A DNA stretch of 64,000 nt from the human T2T-CHM13v2.0 reference genome, Homo sapiens, in assembly GCF_009914755.1 (NCBI RefSeq), contig NC_060936.1. One strand, given 5' to 3'. This document shows, one piece after another, positions 32,187-43,603 of the stretch. The notes under the pieces were generated by a model. That model was not told where the DNA came from. It did not search any database and saw nothing but the letters and a program-made list of their open reading frames with translations. Each line of letters begins with the position of its first letter. The first letter of the stretch is position 1. The translations under genes were made by a program, and so were the position numbers.

Positions 32187-33407
32187 ACTGGGGAGGAAGA
32201 GACCATACAAGTGTCCCCGCCAACCTGCGGTCACGTGGCCTCCGTCAGCACAGGGCCCTGGCACATCTGTTTCCTCCCACCCTCCAGCTAGGACTGCTGA
32301 GCAGGGCAGTTTTCAGAGCACGGAGCTGGAGGGAGGGGCCTGAGCCAGGCAAGTGTGGCCTGTAAGGCCCTTGGAGACCCCGGAGCAGCCGTGGGCCACA
32401 CTGTGGCTTGCCCCTAGACTCAGGGCCCCAGGGGCTTTGTGCAAACAATGCTGAGGGAGAGTGGCCAATTAGGGGTACCCTCCTGGCTCCCCAAACTCCT
32501 GCTGAGCCTCTCTCTCGCTGGTGCTGGAGCTCTCGGGGTCCATGCTAATATGGGTAGAAAAGAACCTTCTGGAAGGCATGTTCAGCATCCCCTTACCACC
32601 CAACCTGGAGCCAGGCATGAAGAATGATGGTGGTCAGGGAGGCAGCTGCTGTTGAGCTGACTTTGAACTTGAACTATTTTGAAATCCAGCTCATAAATTT
32701 CCAGCCCAGCCCGGGGCCTCCCCTTCGGGTCTGGGTGTGGAATCTGTCGAGGGGCCCTGGGTCTGCAGCACAATGCCGCATTTACAGAGCTGCGCTGCCA
32801 GTGCCTGAGTGTGTGTGTGAGTGTGTGTGTACCTGGGGACAGAGTGTTTGTGCACGGTGCCAAAGGGAGGGCCCCGCACATCTGGAAAGTGTCAGGTTTA
32901 ATGCCCAAAGCCACGGGCCCAGGTCAGCTAAAAGTACATGTTTGCTTCCAGCCGCAGCTGTGCAAACTCCCGCTGCTCGGGCTGTGCTGGGCTCAGTCAA
33001 GTTCCCTCAAAGACAGTGGCCCCTTTGTCAGACTCCATTCCAATCCCCCGTTTCAAAGTCACTGGCCTGCCACGGGGCCCCCTGCCACAAACAGCTGCGG
33101 GGCAGCATCTGTCTGAGGCTGCATTCATTCCACCAGGAGAAGGAAAATACAGCAATTTAGGGTCTCGAATCTACGGCTCATCCAACAGACTGCACCCCTC
33201 CCATCCCTGTGAAACCTCTCTGTCTCAGTGGTCACACACCCGCCACCTTGGTCCTCATCAGGGCACAGCACAGCCGATGGCAGATGCAGCCCTTGCCCGC
33301 GGGGAGCTGGTTGTGCTCCATTTGCTAAATTGTGGTTGTCGCTCGGAAAATCGTCTCCCTGCAGATGTGGTTTGGTTTATGTTTGGAGGCTGAGAGGAGC
33401 ACAAACC

Positions 33408-33530
33408 TGTGTGTGTGTGCATGTGTGTGTGTGTGCATGCGTGTGTGCATGTGTGTGCGCGTGTGCACGCGTGTGTGAGCGCGTGTGTAAATGCACTCAT
33501 GTGCATTGGCGTGCACACACGTTCGTGCAT
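33408..33530 (+). repeat. (TG)n/(CG)-mixed alternating purine-pyrimidine repeat
   Basis: gtgtgtgtgcatgtgtg...gcgtgtgcacgc. Confidence 0.9.
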
Positions 33531-34059
33531 AAGAGATGGGGGTAGATTAGGAACAGTGGGAGAAAACCAGTATCAGCCTGGGCTCGCCCCTCAAGCAGAG
33601 CTGTAGCTGAAGGCTGGTGAGAGGCCGTGTGTGGGAATCGGGCCCAGGAGCAGGGCTGGGGCTGGGAAGTGAAGGAGGGGGCGCCCATGAACAGATCCTT
33701 AGGGGCTGGTGCAGCATCCAGCGGGAGCTGCCCAGGAGTCTCCTGAAAGCAGCCGCAGAAGTGTTCCCCCGCAGATGAAAAGGGAAGCATTGTCTATCAG
33801 CCGCTGCCCCCCATTGGTCACAGGGCGGGGAGGGGGGCTCTGTATATGTCAGCCCTGCCCTCACACTCCTGGGTTTCCCAGGCAGGGGGTCCAAGCAGGT
33901 TCTTGCAGGTACAACACACACCGCAGCATCCGCAAAACCCTGGGGGAGGAAGCAAGAGGTGCGGGGTGTGCACTAAGGTGAGAGCCATCCCATGGCACCT
34001 GCGGGGAGCTGCTCTCTGCAGAAACGGGGTAAAACATGGGTCGAGAGGAGCCCAACGGG

Positions 34060-34296
34060 GCACGGGAAGGGGCCCAGGCAGCCAGCGTGGGTCCCGGGCA
34101 GCCAGCATGAGTCCAGCCAGCGTGGGTCCTGGGACAGCCAGCGTGGGTCTCGGCTGAGCACAGGAAGGGGCCCCGGGCAGCCAGTGTGAGTCCTGTCAGC
34201 GTGGATCCCAGGGCAGCCAGTGTGGGTCCCGGGCAGCCGGCATGAGTCCTGAGGCAGCCAGCGTGGGTCCCGGGCAGCCGGCGTGGGTCCCCAGCC
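34060..34296 (+). repeat. Degenerate ~20-bp minisatellite (GGGCAGCCAGCGTGGGTCCC), ~10 copies in two higher-order blocks
   Basis: Repeated cagccagcgtgggtcc units; both blocks start with gcac(g/a)ggaaggggccc (~34060 and ~34158). Confidence 0.85.
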
Positions 34297-34739
34297 TGAG
34301 CCTGCCTGCTCTGCCTTTTGCTGGAATGTTGCTCTCCCCACAGCTGCCGGCCTGTGGGAGCCAAGAGCTTCTCCCTCACCAGCCAAAGAAGAGGCCAGGA
34401 GCTTCTCCCTCACCAGCCAATGGGTTCTGGGGCATTCCAGTCTTGGACCTTCTCCCCAAGGAGGACTGACAAGGGCTGGGGAAGCTCACCAGGGCACCGC
34501 CCCTCAGTGGTTTCCCAGCAGCCCTGGAAGGAAGCGCGCATTGTTTGCACAGCTGGTTATTTTTCAGGTCGAGAAAACGTGATGCGATTGGCAGTCAGTG
34601 TCCTGGGGGTCTGTCTGCTCTGGGGGCTGGGTGGGTAGCACCCTAACCAGCTCTGGTCTCCCTCCACTGCCCAAGTTACAATCGCCATCGATGCCCCTCT
34701 AGTGGATGCACGTATGATGATGACGGCGATGACAATCAC

Positions 34740-34910
34740 CACAGCTAACACTGCGACAGCACTCACTTTGTGCCAACCACTGTTTGACATGCTTCCCACA
34801 TACGAACTCACTCAGTTTTTACAACAACCCTATTTGGTAGATGCTGTTATGAGCCCCATTTTACAGACAAGGAAACTGAGGCAAGGGAGGCTAAGTCACT
34901 TTTCCAAGTA
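34740..34910 (-). mobile_element. MIR
   Basis: ccccattttacagacaaggaaactgaggc. Confidence 0.8.
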
Positions 34911-34938
34911 ATAAATAGTATGTTAGATGGCGATCTGT

Positions 34939-35402
34939 AGGGAGAGGCCAGTGGCTATTTTGAACAACAATACAACCTACCAGCTATATGTTATGACATA
35001 CATGAACAGTGGACTCCACCTCCTACCTCTTTAGAAAATTGGGATATTTTCCCAATACTACAGTGTCTGGAGTTATCAAACTAACAGCAGTTCAATTGTC
35101 TCATCTATCAGCATTCTGACAACTCTAGGGTATAATCTGGATATTTATGGGGAGACCCTGACCTACCGGGCACTTGCAGGGGTGGGTGACCCCAAAAATA
35201 TCCAAATTATATTCCAGAGTTGTCAGAATGCTGATAGATGAGATGAGTGAGCTGTTGCTGCTTTGATAACTCCAGACACTATAGTATTGGGAAAATACCC
35301 CAATTTTCTAAAGAGGTAGGAGGTGGATTCTGCTCTTCAAGTACATAGTAATATGTAGCTGGGGGGTTGTATTATGGTTCCAAATAGCCACTGCCCTTCC
35401 CT
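34939..35402. repeat. Long imperfect inverted repeat (arms ~214 bp, spacer ~37 nt)
   Basis: 35015-35080 is the reverse complement of 35262-35327 (64/66). 35099-35126 is the reverse complement of 35216-35243 (28/28). The outer arms align at lower identity. Confidence 0.95.
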
Positions 35403-35760
35403 GGGGCTGCATCCCACACTTCTGTATGTCCTTGCTCCGTTGATAGCAGGCTTCACCATGTGACTTGTTTTGGCCAATAGGTATGAACAAAAGAAACATG
35501 CTTCACTTCTGGGCAGAATCCCCAAGAGCTACCATGAGGTCCTCCGCTTCTCTTTTCTCCCTACCACAAGACTGACATGACTCCAAGAGGGACTGCTCCT
35601 TTAGCCTGGGTCCCTAGAATGAAGATTGATATGCAGAAAAACTTCAGCCAGCCTGCAATGGACTTGTGGGGTTAGCAATAAGCTTTTGTTGTTATAAGCC
35701 ACTGAGAGCCAGGGGCTGTATGTTACTGTGGCAGAACTTAGCTGAAGCTGACTAACACTG
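35354..35760 (+). mobile_element. MLT1H/G-like LTR
   Basis: catgtgacttgttttggccaatagg...agcctgggtccc...ttgttataagccactgag...ctgactaaca. Confidence 0.75.
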
Positions 35761-35859
35761 TTACTAACAGAATCATTTTCAAATGTAGAAAATAAAAGTG
35801 GTCTCTGAAAGCTGCTATGAGTTCACATAGAACAAGTCACACCTGACAAATGCCTTTTA

Positions 35860-36290
35860 TATATTTGATAGGGTTACACGAGTGATACAGAGAGGAATTT
35901 TGTAGTATAAGGATATCTGAAGTTCAGCTTGCATTATCAAAAACTTTGCCTCTGTTTCCCATAAATAAGATAGAGAAATGTGAGCTGGGTAAGAGCATGA
36001 TTAAATGGTTTCATAACCATTACAGTGAGGAACCAAGAAGGGCTGATTTCATGTGGCTGATGCCAACCTGCTGAAAGGTCTCTAATGGTATGTCACAGGG
36101 CTCTACCCTTGTTTCACTCAGTTCAGTGTTTTCATTAATGATTTTTCACAAGGCCTTCAAAACCTAGGCTGATCACATTAAAAAATGATACAAAGCTGGG
36201 GAGAACAGTCTGGTAAACCATGAAATATTTTTGGCAGAGCAGAACAAGATGAATTGTAACAGAGATGAAACAACGTCTTAAAAAACCAGA
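35860..36290 (+). mobile_element. L3/CR1 reverse-transcriptase fossil
   Basis: Degenerate translations GMSQGSTL (36087), FSVFIND (36122) and DTKLG (36187) match the CR1 RT motifs GVPQGSVLGP.LF.IFIND and ADDTKLG. Confidence 0.75.
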
Positions 36291-36292
36291 AG

Positions 36293-36682
<390 letters not shown>

Positions 36683-36944
36683 TCATTGAGCACTCCCAGT
36701 GTATCAGACAGCGTGCCAAGGACTGACTTGACACAATTCCCTCATTGTATTCTTCCCCAGGATCCTGAGTAGTTCATGCTGTGCTTTAAATAAGAGGTAC
36801 ATTCATTGAATCACCTATAGGAAAAAAAAAATCAAAGCATGTAACTTTTTCCATAAAGAAACTCCCAGGAGTTAGAGACCACTCTTTCTGGAATGCAATG
36901 GCATTTTCTATTATTTCTTCTTAAATGCTTTTAGATTAAGGATT

Positions 36945-37260
36945 CTGTTTAACTCAACAAATACTTACTGAACTCCTACTATGTGTCCAACATTCTTCCA
37001 GGTACTGGGAACGGGTTGGTGAATAACACAGGTAAAATCTCATCCACCGTGGAGTTGCCTGCCAAGGTAGAAGACACAAAAAAGAAATGAACCCTCTAAT
37101 TTTTGGTGGTGATTCATTCTGTGAAGACCATCAACAGGGTGAGAAAATACAGAGTGACTGGGGAAGGGGGAGGGGTAATTATATGGGAAGATCAGGGAAG
37201 GCTTCCCTGAGGAGGTGACTTTGGGCCGAGCCCTAACAGGTGACAAGAATCCAGCCACTG
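36945..37260 (-). mobile_element. L2 fragment
   Basis: actcaacaaatacttactgaactcctactatgtg...gggaaggcttccctgaggaggtgac. Confidence 0.75.
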
Positions 37261-38710
37261 GTTCCAAGAAAGACATTCCCTCATATTCTACTTCCCATTT
37301 GATTAGAAGCCTGCACAGGGAAAGAAACGGAAAAAAAACAAACCCAGCACCCTACTTCTTGAGCCCAGGAGAGGGAAACAATGATAAGACACTCCTAGGT
37401 GTCCAGAATTCTCTCAAGCAGGGGCTCCCCTGGGGCCCGGACATCAGCAGATACCAGGAACCTCATTGTGCACTGAGTCCAGCACAAGTACAGAAAATAA
37501 ATCTGAAACGGGTATTTTCCTCAACTTGGATTATTTTTGCAGTGATCGCGTTTCCTTGTATGTTAAGAAACCTTGGGAAATTATTTGCTTAACGGGAGCG
37601 CTCAGTATTTCTCAAAGTCTTTTTTTTTTTCAATCTTCTTTCCCTTTGCTCTTGCTTTCCTTCTCTTTGTTTGAGTTTTGAGCAAAAACTTCCTGCCCGC
37701 TGTGATATTTTCCCCATGAATGTCACCAAACTAAGTAGGCTAGAAAAACAGTTGTAGGAAATATGAGGAATGGCCAGGAATCAGGGTAAACAGCAGCCTG
37801 GGAACCTTCCAGAAGAAAGTGCAGTCAGCGACTCTGACCTCGACTCCTGTCAGCAAATTACTCCAAAATCAAGTTGGCCATTTGAGTTCCATGGACGGGT
37901 TCCCCTTGCAAGACACTGCTTCTTTAAGTCCCTTGGGCAGGAAGTGGCGATTCCAGAGGTCCCCCTTGGCATGTCCTTGAGGGAACAAAGAAAGGGACAC
38001 ACTTCGGACCCCATCTGTGTGTGAAGTTGGTGATGGGGCATGACCATGATCCAAAATTCACCCGGCAATATTAAAGCTGGCCTGGGTCTGAACTCATGAA
38101 AGATAATGATTTGAATTTCAAAGGATTAAAAGAAGCTCATGGAAATGATGATTAAGCCCTTGAACATTAAAAAAAAAAAAAGATTAATTCTGAACCAAAG
38201 AGCTGCAAAAAAAAGTCAAATGTGAAGGGAAGAATGTCAATTGTGCCCTTAGAAAGTCTTGCTGGGAAAAAATACGGAAAGTAAAAGAAAAAAAATCATT
38301 GTCATTTTTCTGCTCTAAGAATTACAGCAGAGTTCCCAAGCCTTGTTAAATTAAGATAAAATTAGCTTATTGCATTTTTATCATTTTAGATTTATTTTTC
38401 AAGATGAAGTTCCAACGAAACCTCTTTTTTCTCTCTCCTTTTAACAATATGTGAGCTATGACTCCATGTCAAGTAGCTTGGCTTCAGGTGCCCTTTTTCT
38501 GGTACCTATAACCCTTGGAAAAAATAAAGCCCTCCTGTTCTTCCTTTAATGGATTTGTCTACCAGACTGATGTCACTGAGAGAATTCTTTCATGTCCCTG
38601 TCCTGTTGCCAGCAGTTGGCATCTAGACTCCACTGAGCTGAGGTCCCCTTCTTCTAGAATCTTCTGCATGAAGAAAGAGCCCCTTCTTCTCACCTTCTTT
38701 ATCTCTTCTA

Positions 38711-39520
38711 TATTGGTCAGGATAAGTGACAGCAGCTACTGTAACAAACAACCCCTGCATCTCAGTGGCTTATGGCTCAGCTGTCAGCCCGAGGGTTCTG
38801 CTCCACACAGTCATTCACGCACCCAGGCTCCCTCCATCTTGTGGCTCCACCCTCCTTGATACCCTCGGAGTCCTCTTTATTCAGCCAGTGGATGAAGAAG
38901 GAATGCGAGGGTGGTTTCTATGGGTCTGGTAGTAGTGCACATCCATTCCACTCACATTGTAGTGTTCAGAATTCAATCACATGGCCGCACCTAACCACAC
39001 AGAAGCCTGGGGAATTTAGTACAGTGTGGTTTCCTGGAGGAAGAGAAGAACTTGAAAACCAGTGAACATTAGTGATCTTGCCACATTTGCTACTTTTTCT
39101 TTCTCTCTTTGGTATCACCTCCCTGTTCTAGTTCATCTCTACATTGATATACCTGGCTAAGGCAGTTCAGGCTGCTGGAACAAATGACAATAGACTGAGT
39201 GGCTTAAACAACAAACATGTATTTCTCATATTTCTGGGGGTGGGGATGCCCAAGATCAAGGTGCTGGCAGAGCTAGTGCTTGGTGAGGACTTGCTTCTTG
39301 GCTTGTAGGCAGCCTCCTTCTCACTGTATCCACATATGATGCAAAGTAGAGAGTGACAGGAAGCTCTCATGTCTCATAAGGGCACTAATCCCATTCATGG
39401 GGGCTCCACCCTCATGACCTAATCAGCTTCCAAAGGCCCTACCTCCTAAGACCATCATATTAGTCATTGAGATTTCAACATATAAATTTGGGGAAGGGGG
39501 ACAACACAGACATTTCATAA
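38711..39520. mobile_element. Adjacent MLT1 LTRs (MLT1I/J-like ~38711-39085; MLT1A-like ~39160-39520)
   Basis: ctgtaacaaacaacccc...; ggcttaaacaacaaacatgtatttctca...ggcactaatcccattcatg. Confidence 0.7.
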
Positions 39521-39675
39521 AAATAAAAAAATAAAAAACACACAGGCACTCATGTTTTTCCCTACATAGCAATAATCCTTTTTCTTACTAAACCTCCTAG
39601 ATTCTGTTGACCAAGTTGGTCTTCCTTGGTTCAGAACAGCCTGAGTGTCAGAAATGTCAAGTTACATGAGCATCC

Positions 39676-39763
39676 ATGTCCATCCATCCATCCTTCCATC
39701 CATCCATCCATCTATCCGTCCATTCATCCTTCAGTCCACCCATTCATCCATCCATCCATCCAT

Positions 39764-39799
<36 letters not shown>

Positions 39800-39800
39800 C
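39676..39800 (+). repeat. (CCAT)n microsatellite
   Basis: Repeated ccatccat. Confidence 0.95.
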
Positions 39801-40184
39801 TACTTATCCAGACAATATAGTTAATGATCCCCCATGTGCAAAAGCATGGTGTGATGTGCCGTCCAGAAAGAAAAAAAGCATAAGGCGTGCTTTCTGCCTT
39901 TGAGGAGTTGATAATCCAATTGGGGACATAAGAACTAAGCACACACAAAGCTAGCAAAGACACCAGGCCCAGGCATGTGGAGACGAGCAGGAACCACTGA
40001 GAAGCAGAGGCCTTGCGGGCTGCTCCCCATGCGCCTGCACCCCCCTTTGTCCAGACACACAAGGATGTGTCTGGGAGTTCTTCCCTGGTGCCCTCCATGA
40101 ACTCTCTTCCTCAGTTCCCTCTCGTTCTCCACGGTTGGTCTCCTCGCCCTCCCATACCCATTTCTCTTGCCTTTCTGTGCTTCT

Positions 40185-40640
40185 TTTTCCCCACCCATCT
40201 CCCCAAGCCTCTCTTCACCTTCTTCCTGGGACACAGATGCCTCCAGAGTGTGCCAGCCTCAGAGCCTTTGCAGGAACAGAGGAAGCCTCAGGGCCTTTGC
40301 ACCTCTGTTTCTCTGCCAGGACACCCTTTCTCAGGCTCTTTGCAGAGCCGGCCCCTTTTCCCCACCAGGCTCTCGGTTCAAAAGCCACTTCTGAAGGATA
40401 TTTGTGGCCCGGCCTCTGCCGTGGAAAGCCGCTCCACGGGTCTTTCTCTGCCCCATCACCCATTTTATTTTTATAGTATTTATAACTCTCTGAAATTACC
40501 TCATTTAATTATTTTCTTCCCCCAATCCCCACCCCAGACTGGATGTCCCCCAAGAATGAGGACCAAGTATGACTAGTCCCTGGCTCTGTCCCCCATTGAC
40601 CGGCACACAGTAGGTGCTTACTCATCACTGCTGATTGAAG
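40185..40640 (+). mobile_element. L2 fragment
   Basis: gcctcagggcctttgcacct...ggcacacagtaggtgctta. Confidence 0.7.
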
Positions 40641-41797
40641 GGATGACAGACAGCCCCCTTCCCCTCCCCTCCTTTAGCATCTCAGGACTGCACCAGGAGC
40701 ATCACTGAGCCCTGGCCACTCCAGGACCCTGCCCTCCGGCTGGGCCTGGTCCCCAGACTCTGCCCTTTCTGGAGCTCCGGGCAGCGTGCCAGGAGCCTGG
40801 AGCCTTGCATTAATTCCTGCTCAATGCCCTTTGTCTTCACTTTCAGCTGAAAAACCACACAACCAGAATATTTGCCTGGACTTGCGTCTTCCTTGAGGAA
40901 TGAATGGAAATGGTGTGCGTTTGCCACGCTCTCTGGCGTACTCACCCTGTGGCATTTCGGGGGCCAGTGGGCCCCTGGAAACTGTGCTTCCTCCTTGCCA
41001 TCTCTGCATTTTCATCAGCTGGGAAGGACTCACTCTCTCTCCTGAATGCCTTTCAGCCACTTGGCTCTTACCTGGCTGAACTTCATGCTATATATACTTT
41101 TTTAAATTTTTAAACATTTTTTTGCATGACTCAAGTGAGCATCAGAACATCCTATATTACTTTTAATGTGCACAGATGTCCTTCTGGTAATTTACTCAGC
41201 TGTAGTTCAAAACGACTGTTCCATTAATAAGTTTTGTTTTGTTTTTGCCATGATGGCTCTTGAAAAACCACAGCACTTTTTGGAGCCCTCCTTTTTTTTT
41301 TTTTTTTTTTTTTTTTTCAATATAACAACTTGTTTATCCCCAAACCTGCTAAATCAACAAATGATGTTTTGGCATTATGGATTCAGGCAGACACAGTCAC
41401 CAATTTATGTGACATCACAGTTTCTAGTCAGACAAAATAACTGGAAAGCAATCTGGATGGTGTGCCACATTTAGAAGATCTCAAAACATTTGCTTTGCAC
41501 AGATTCGCCAAGTGAGAGGCATGCAGAGGGGGCAGTGCTCACACTTTTCATCTGCTGTGCACGGGCGCCATTTCCACGAGTGTCACGCACTATTGTGTTA
41601 TCCAGAAAGGTATATGTGTTTCACTTTAAGCATTCTACAACTTGGGAGCAAGAGAATTGTGAACCCCTAAAAAGCTGAAAAACGATAAAGAAAGTGGTGT
41701 AGAAAGGTGGGTGTATTGAAGGGGATTTCTTGAAGGTAACTCTAGACTCACCCTATACCACCCGCTACTCACCCTATACCACCCGCTACCCACTATT

Positions 41798-41882
41798 GCA
41801 GGGGTCGGCCAACTTTTTCTATACAAGGCAAGATTGCAAATAGTTTAGTCTCTGCAGACTATGCGTTCTCTGTTGCAAAAGG
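41798..41882 (+). mobile_element. MER58-like (hAT) fragment
   Basis: caggggtcggccaactttttcta...tctctgttgcaa. Confidence 0.65.
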
Positions 41883-41989
41883 AAAACATAATAGTCATAG
41901 TATCTGGGGCTATCGTCTAGCACAAAGCTCTTTACCAATGCATCAGCTGGGGTTTGTGGAGTTTAAGCCTTGTCAGGGAGCAGGATATC

Positions 41990-43177
41990 CCCAAGATGTC
42001 AAAATATCTCCCCAGAGCTTCCTGATAAATCACAAAGGGAAAGCTACCTTGAGCACGAAGAAATGAGGTGGATACCACCTCCACCCAGTGATCATCCCTA
42101 GCATGACCAACAGTGGGACAAGCTGACGGGATGTGCCTCCTGAAGTTGATGGCGCAACATGGACCCTGAAAAATTCCTGCAAAATTGTTTAGCCTACATC
42201 GAATCCTGAGACAGCAATCAGACAAATCCAGATCATGGGATGCTCTACAACTGGCCCAAACTCGTTAAAACTAGCCATGTCAGGAAAGGCAAAATAGGCT
42301 TGGGGTCTGTTAGGGTCGAAGAATTAAAGAGATGTTACTACACAGAACTGGGATTTCACCCTGCTGGCCAGGGAAGACATGGCTGTGCCACAGTCTCACA
42401 GACTCAAGCAGAAGACACAAGACTCCTGGGTCAGAGACAAAGGATGTTATTACTCACAATAATCACAGAAGCCAGGGGGTCAGCATGTTCTTGAGCCAGT
42501 TCCCCAGCTCTGGTTTCCACAGGGCCACTAGAAGGGGCCCAGGTGACCCTTGCACATGCAGCTGTTTGCACGACAGGGGAGAAATCCAGAGTGTAGGGAA
42601 CCCGAATCTTTCACAGTGGGTAATAAGCCTGCCTGAACTTTTCTCCAGAGGGAACCATTATTTTTATTACAGTGGACAGGAAGCATGCCTATCCTTTGAT
42701 TTGAAGAGAGACGCTATCTCTACCTTTCAAAACTGTTCTCCCTACAAACGTTATTGAAATGATAGCCCAGAATGAAGGGCGGCCAAGGCCTCTGTTTGCA
42801 AGATGGGAATAAACACGGGAGACTCATGAAGAATTGTCTCCTAATAGTGACAACGAAATGCAATGTGTGTGATCGCTTCTCTGCCTTTTGGCTAAGATCA
42901 AGTGAAATGCAACGTGTGTTTGAGCCCTGGGTTGAGAAAGAAAACAGCTTTAAAGGACATTGTTGGGAAAATTGGGGACATTTTGATATGGAATATAGGT
43001 TATATAATTGTATCAATGTTAAATTCCCTCAGTATGATCGCGGTATTGTGGTTCCATATCATCTTTCTTCTTAGGAGGTGCCGTTGAAGAGTTTTGGGGC
43101 AAAGGGGCATGATGTTTACCACCAATTTTTACATAGTTCAGCAAAACACAAAACAAAATAAACAGTACACACACACA

Positions 43178-43234
<57 letters not shown>

Positions 43235-43300
43235 ATATGTCAACACCCAACAAACCCAAATGGTACTTGGGTTTTCATTACATTATTCTTGCAAAAATTC
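41990..43300. mobile_element. L1MC-like fragment interrupted by an ERVL-type LTR (~42333-42846)
   Basis: caatcagacaaatccag...aaatgcaacgtgtg...tgtatcaatgttaaattccc; inner LTR-like gactcctgggtcagagacaaagg. Confidence 0.5.
43181..43229 (+). repeat. (GA)n microsatellite
   Basis: Pure GA run of ~24 units preceded by a short CA run. Confidence 0.95.
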
Positions 43301-43419
43301 AGGGGGACCCAGCTTCCCCCAAGAACACACAGCTGGCTCTTGGCCAAGCCTGGCCGGGAGCGACCTTCTTCTGACTTTACGGAGTGTGTTTTCACTACAC
43401 TCAGTCTCTGATTTTATCC

Positions 43420-43526
43420 CTGCCCTGGCTTAATTAAGTGCTCTGAAGACATAAATAGGTTTTTTGTTTACTCAAGCTTGGGAGAAGCTGGCAGAAAAGG
43501 CCTTTTCAGCTAAAAGCTCCTTACAG
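43420..43526 (+). promoter_or_regulatory. Putative alternative promoter upstream of the non-coding exon
   Basis: TTAATTAA (43430-43437) overlapping TAAGTG (NKX-type), TATA-like CATAAATA (43450-43457), forkhead TGTTTAC (43465-43471). Confidence 0.4.
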
Positions 43527-43603
43527 CCGGAAGGTGTGAAGCGGCAAGTTTCCAGCCGGGAAGAAGCCTCTCAGCCGTAGGCGTCTTTGCCCGGAGCTGT
43601 GAG
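43527..43603 (+). other. RFLNA: Upstream non-coding exon of RFLNA (alternative first exon or internal read-through exon); 5' boundary uncertain
   Basis: Perfect donor GAG|GTGAGT at 43604, candidate acceptor ctccttacAG at 43525-43526, local CpG enrichment, no ATG in the exon. The ~6 kb offset from the coding exon fits my recollection of an upstream FAM101A start. Confidence 0.65.

Noticed and set aside
31356-32291. 311-aa ORF and antisense Glu/Gly/Arg-rich ORFs
   Set aside because: Produced by an L1 remnant and the CCT-rich low-complexity tract.
34939-35402. Calling the palindrome a known miRNA gene
   Set aside because: I do not recognise a known mature miRNA, and the stem is far longer than a typical pre-miRNA. 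Kept only as an unannotated hairpin finding.
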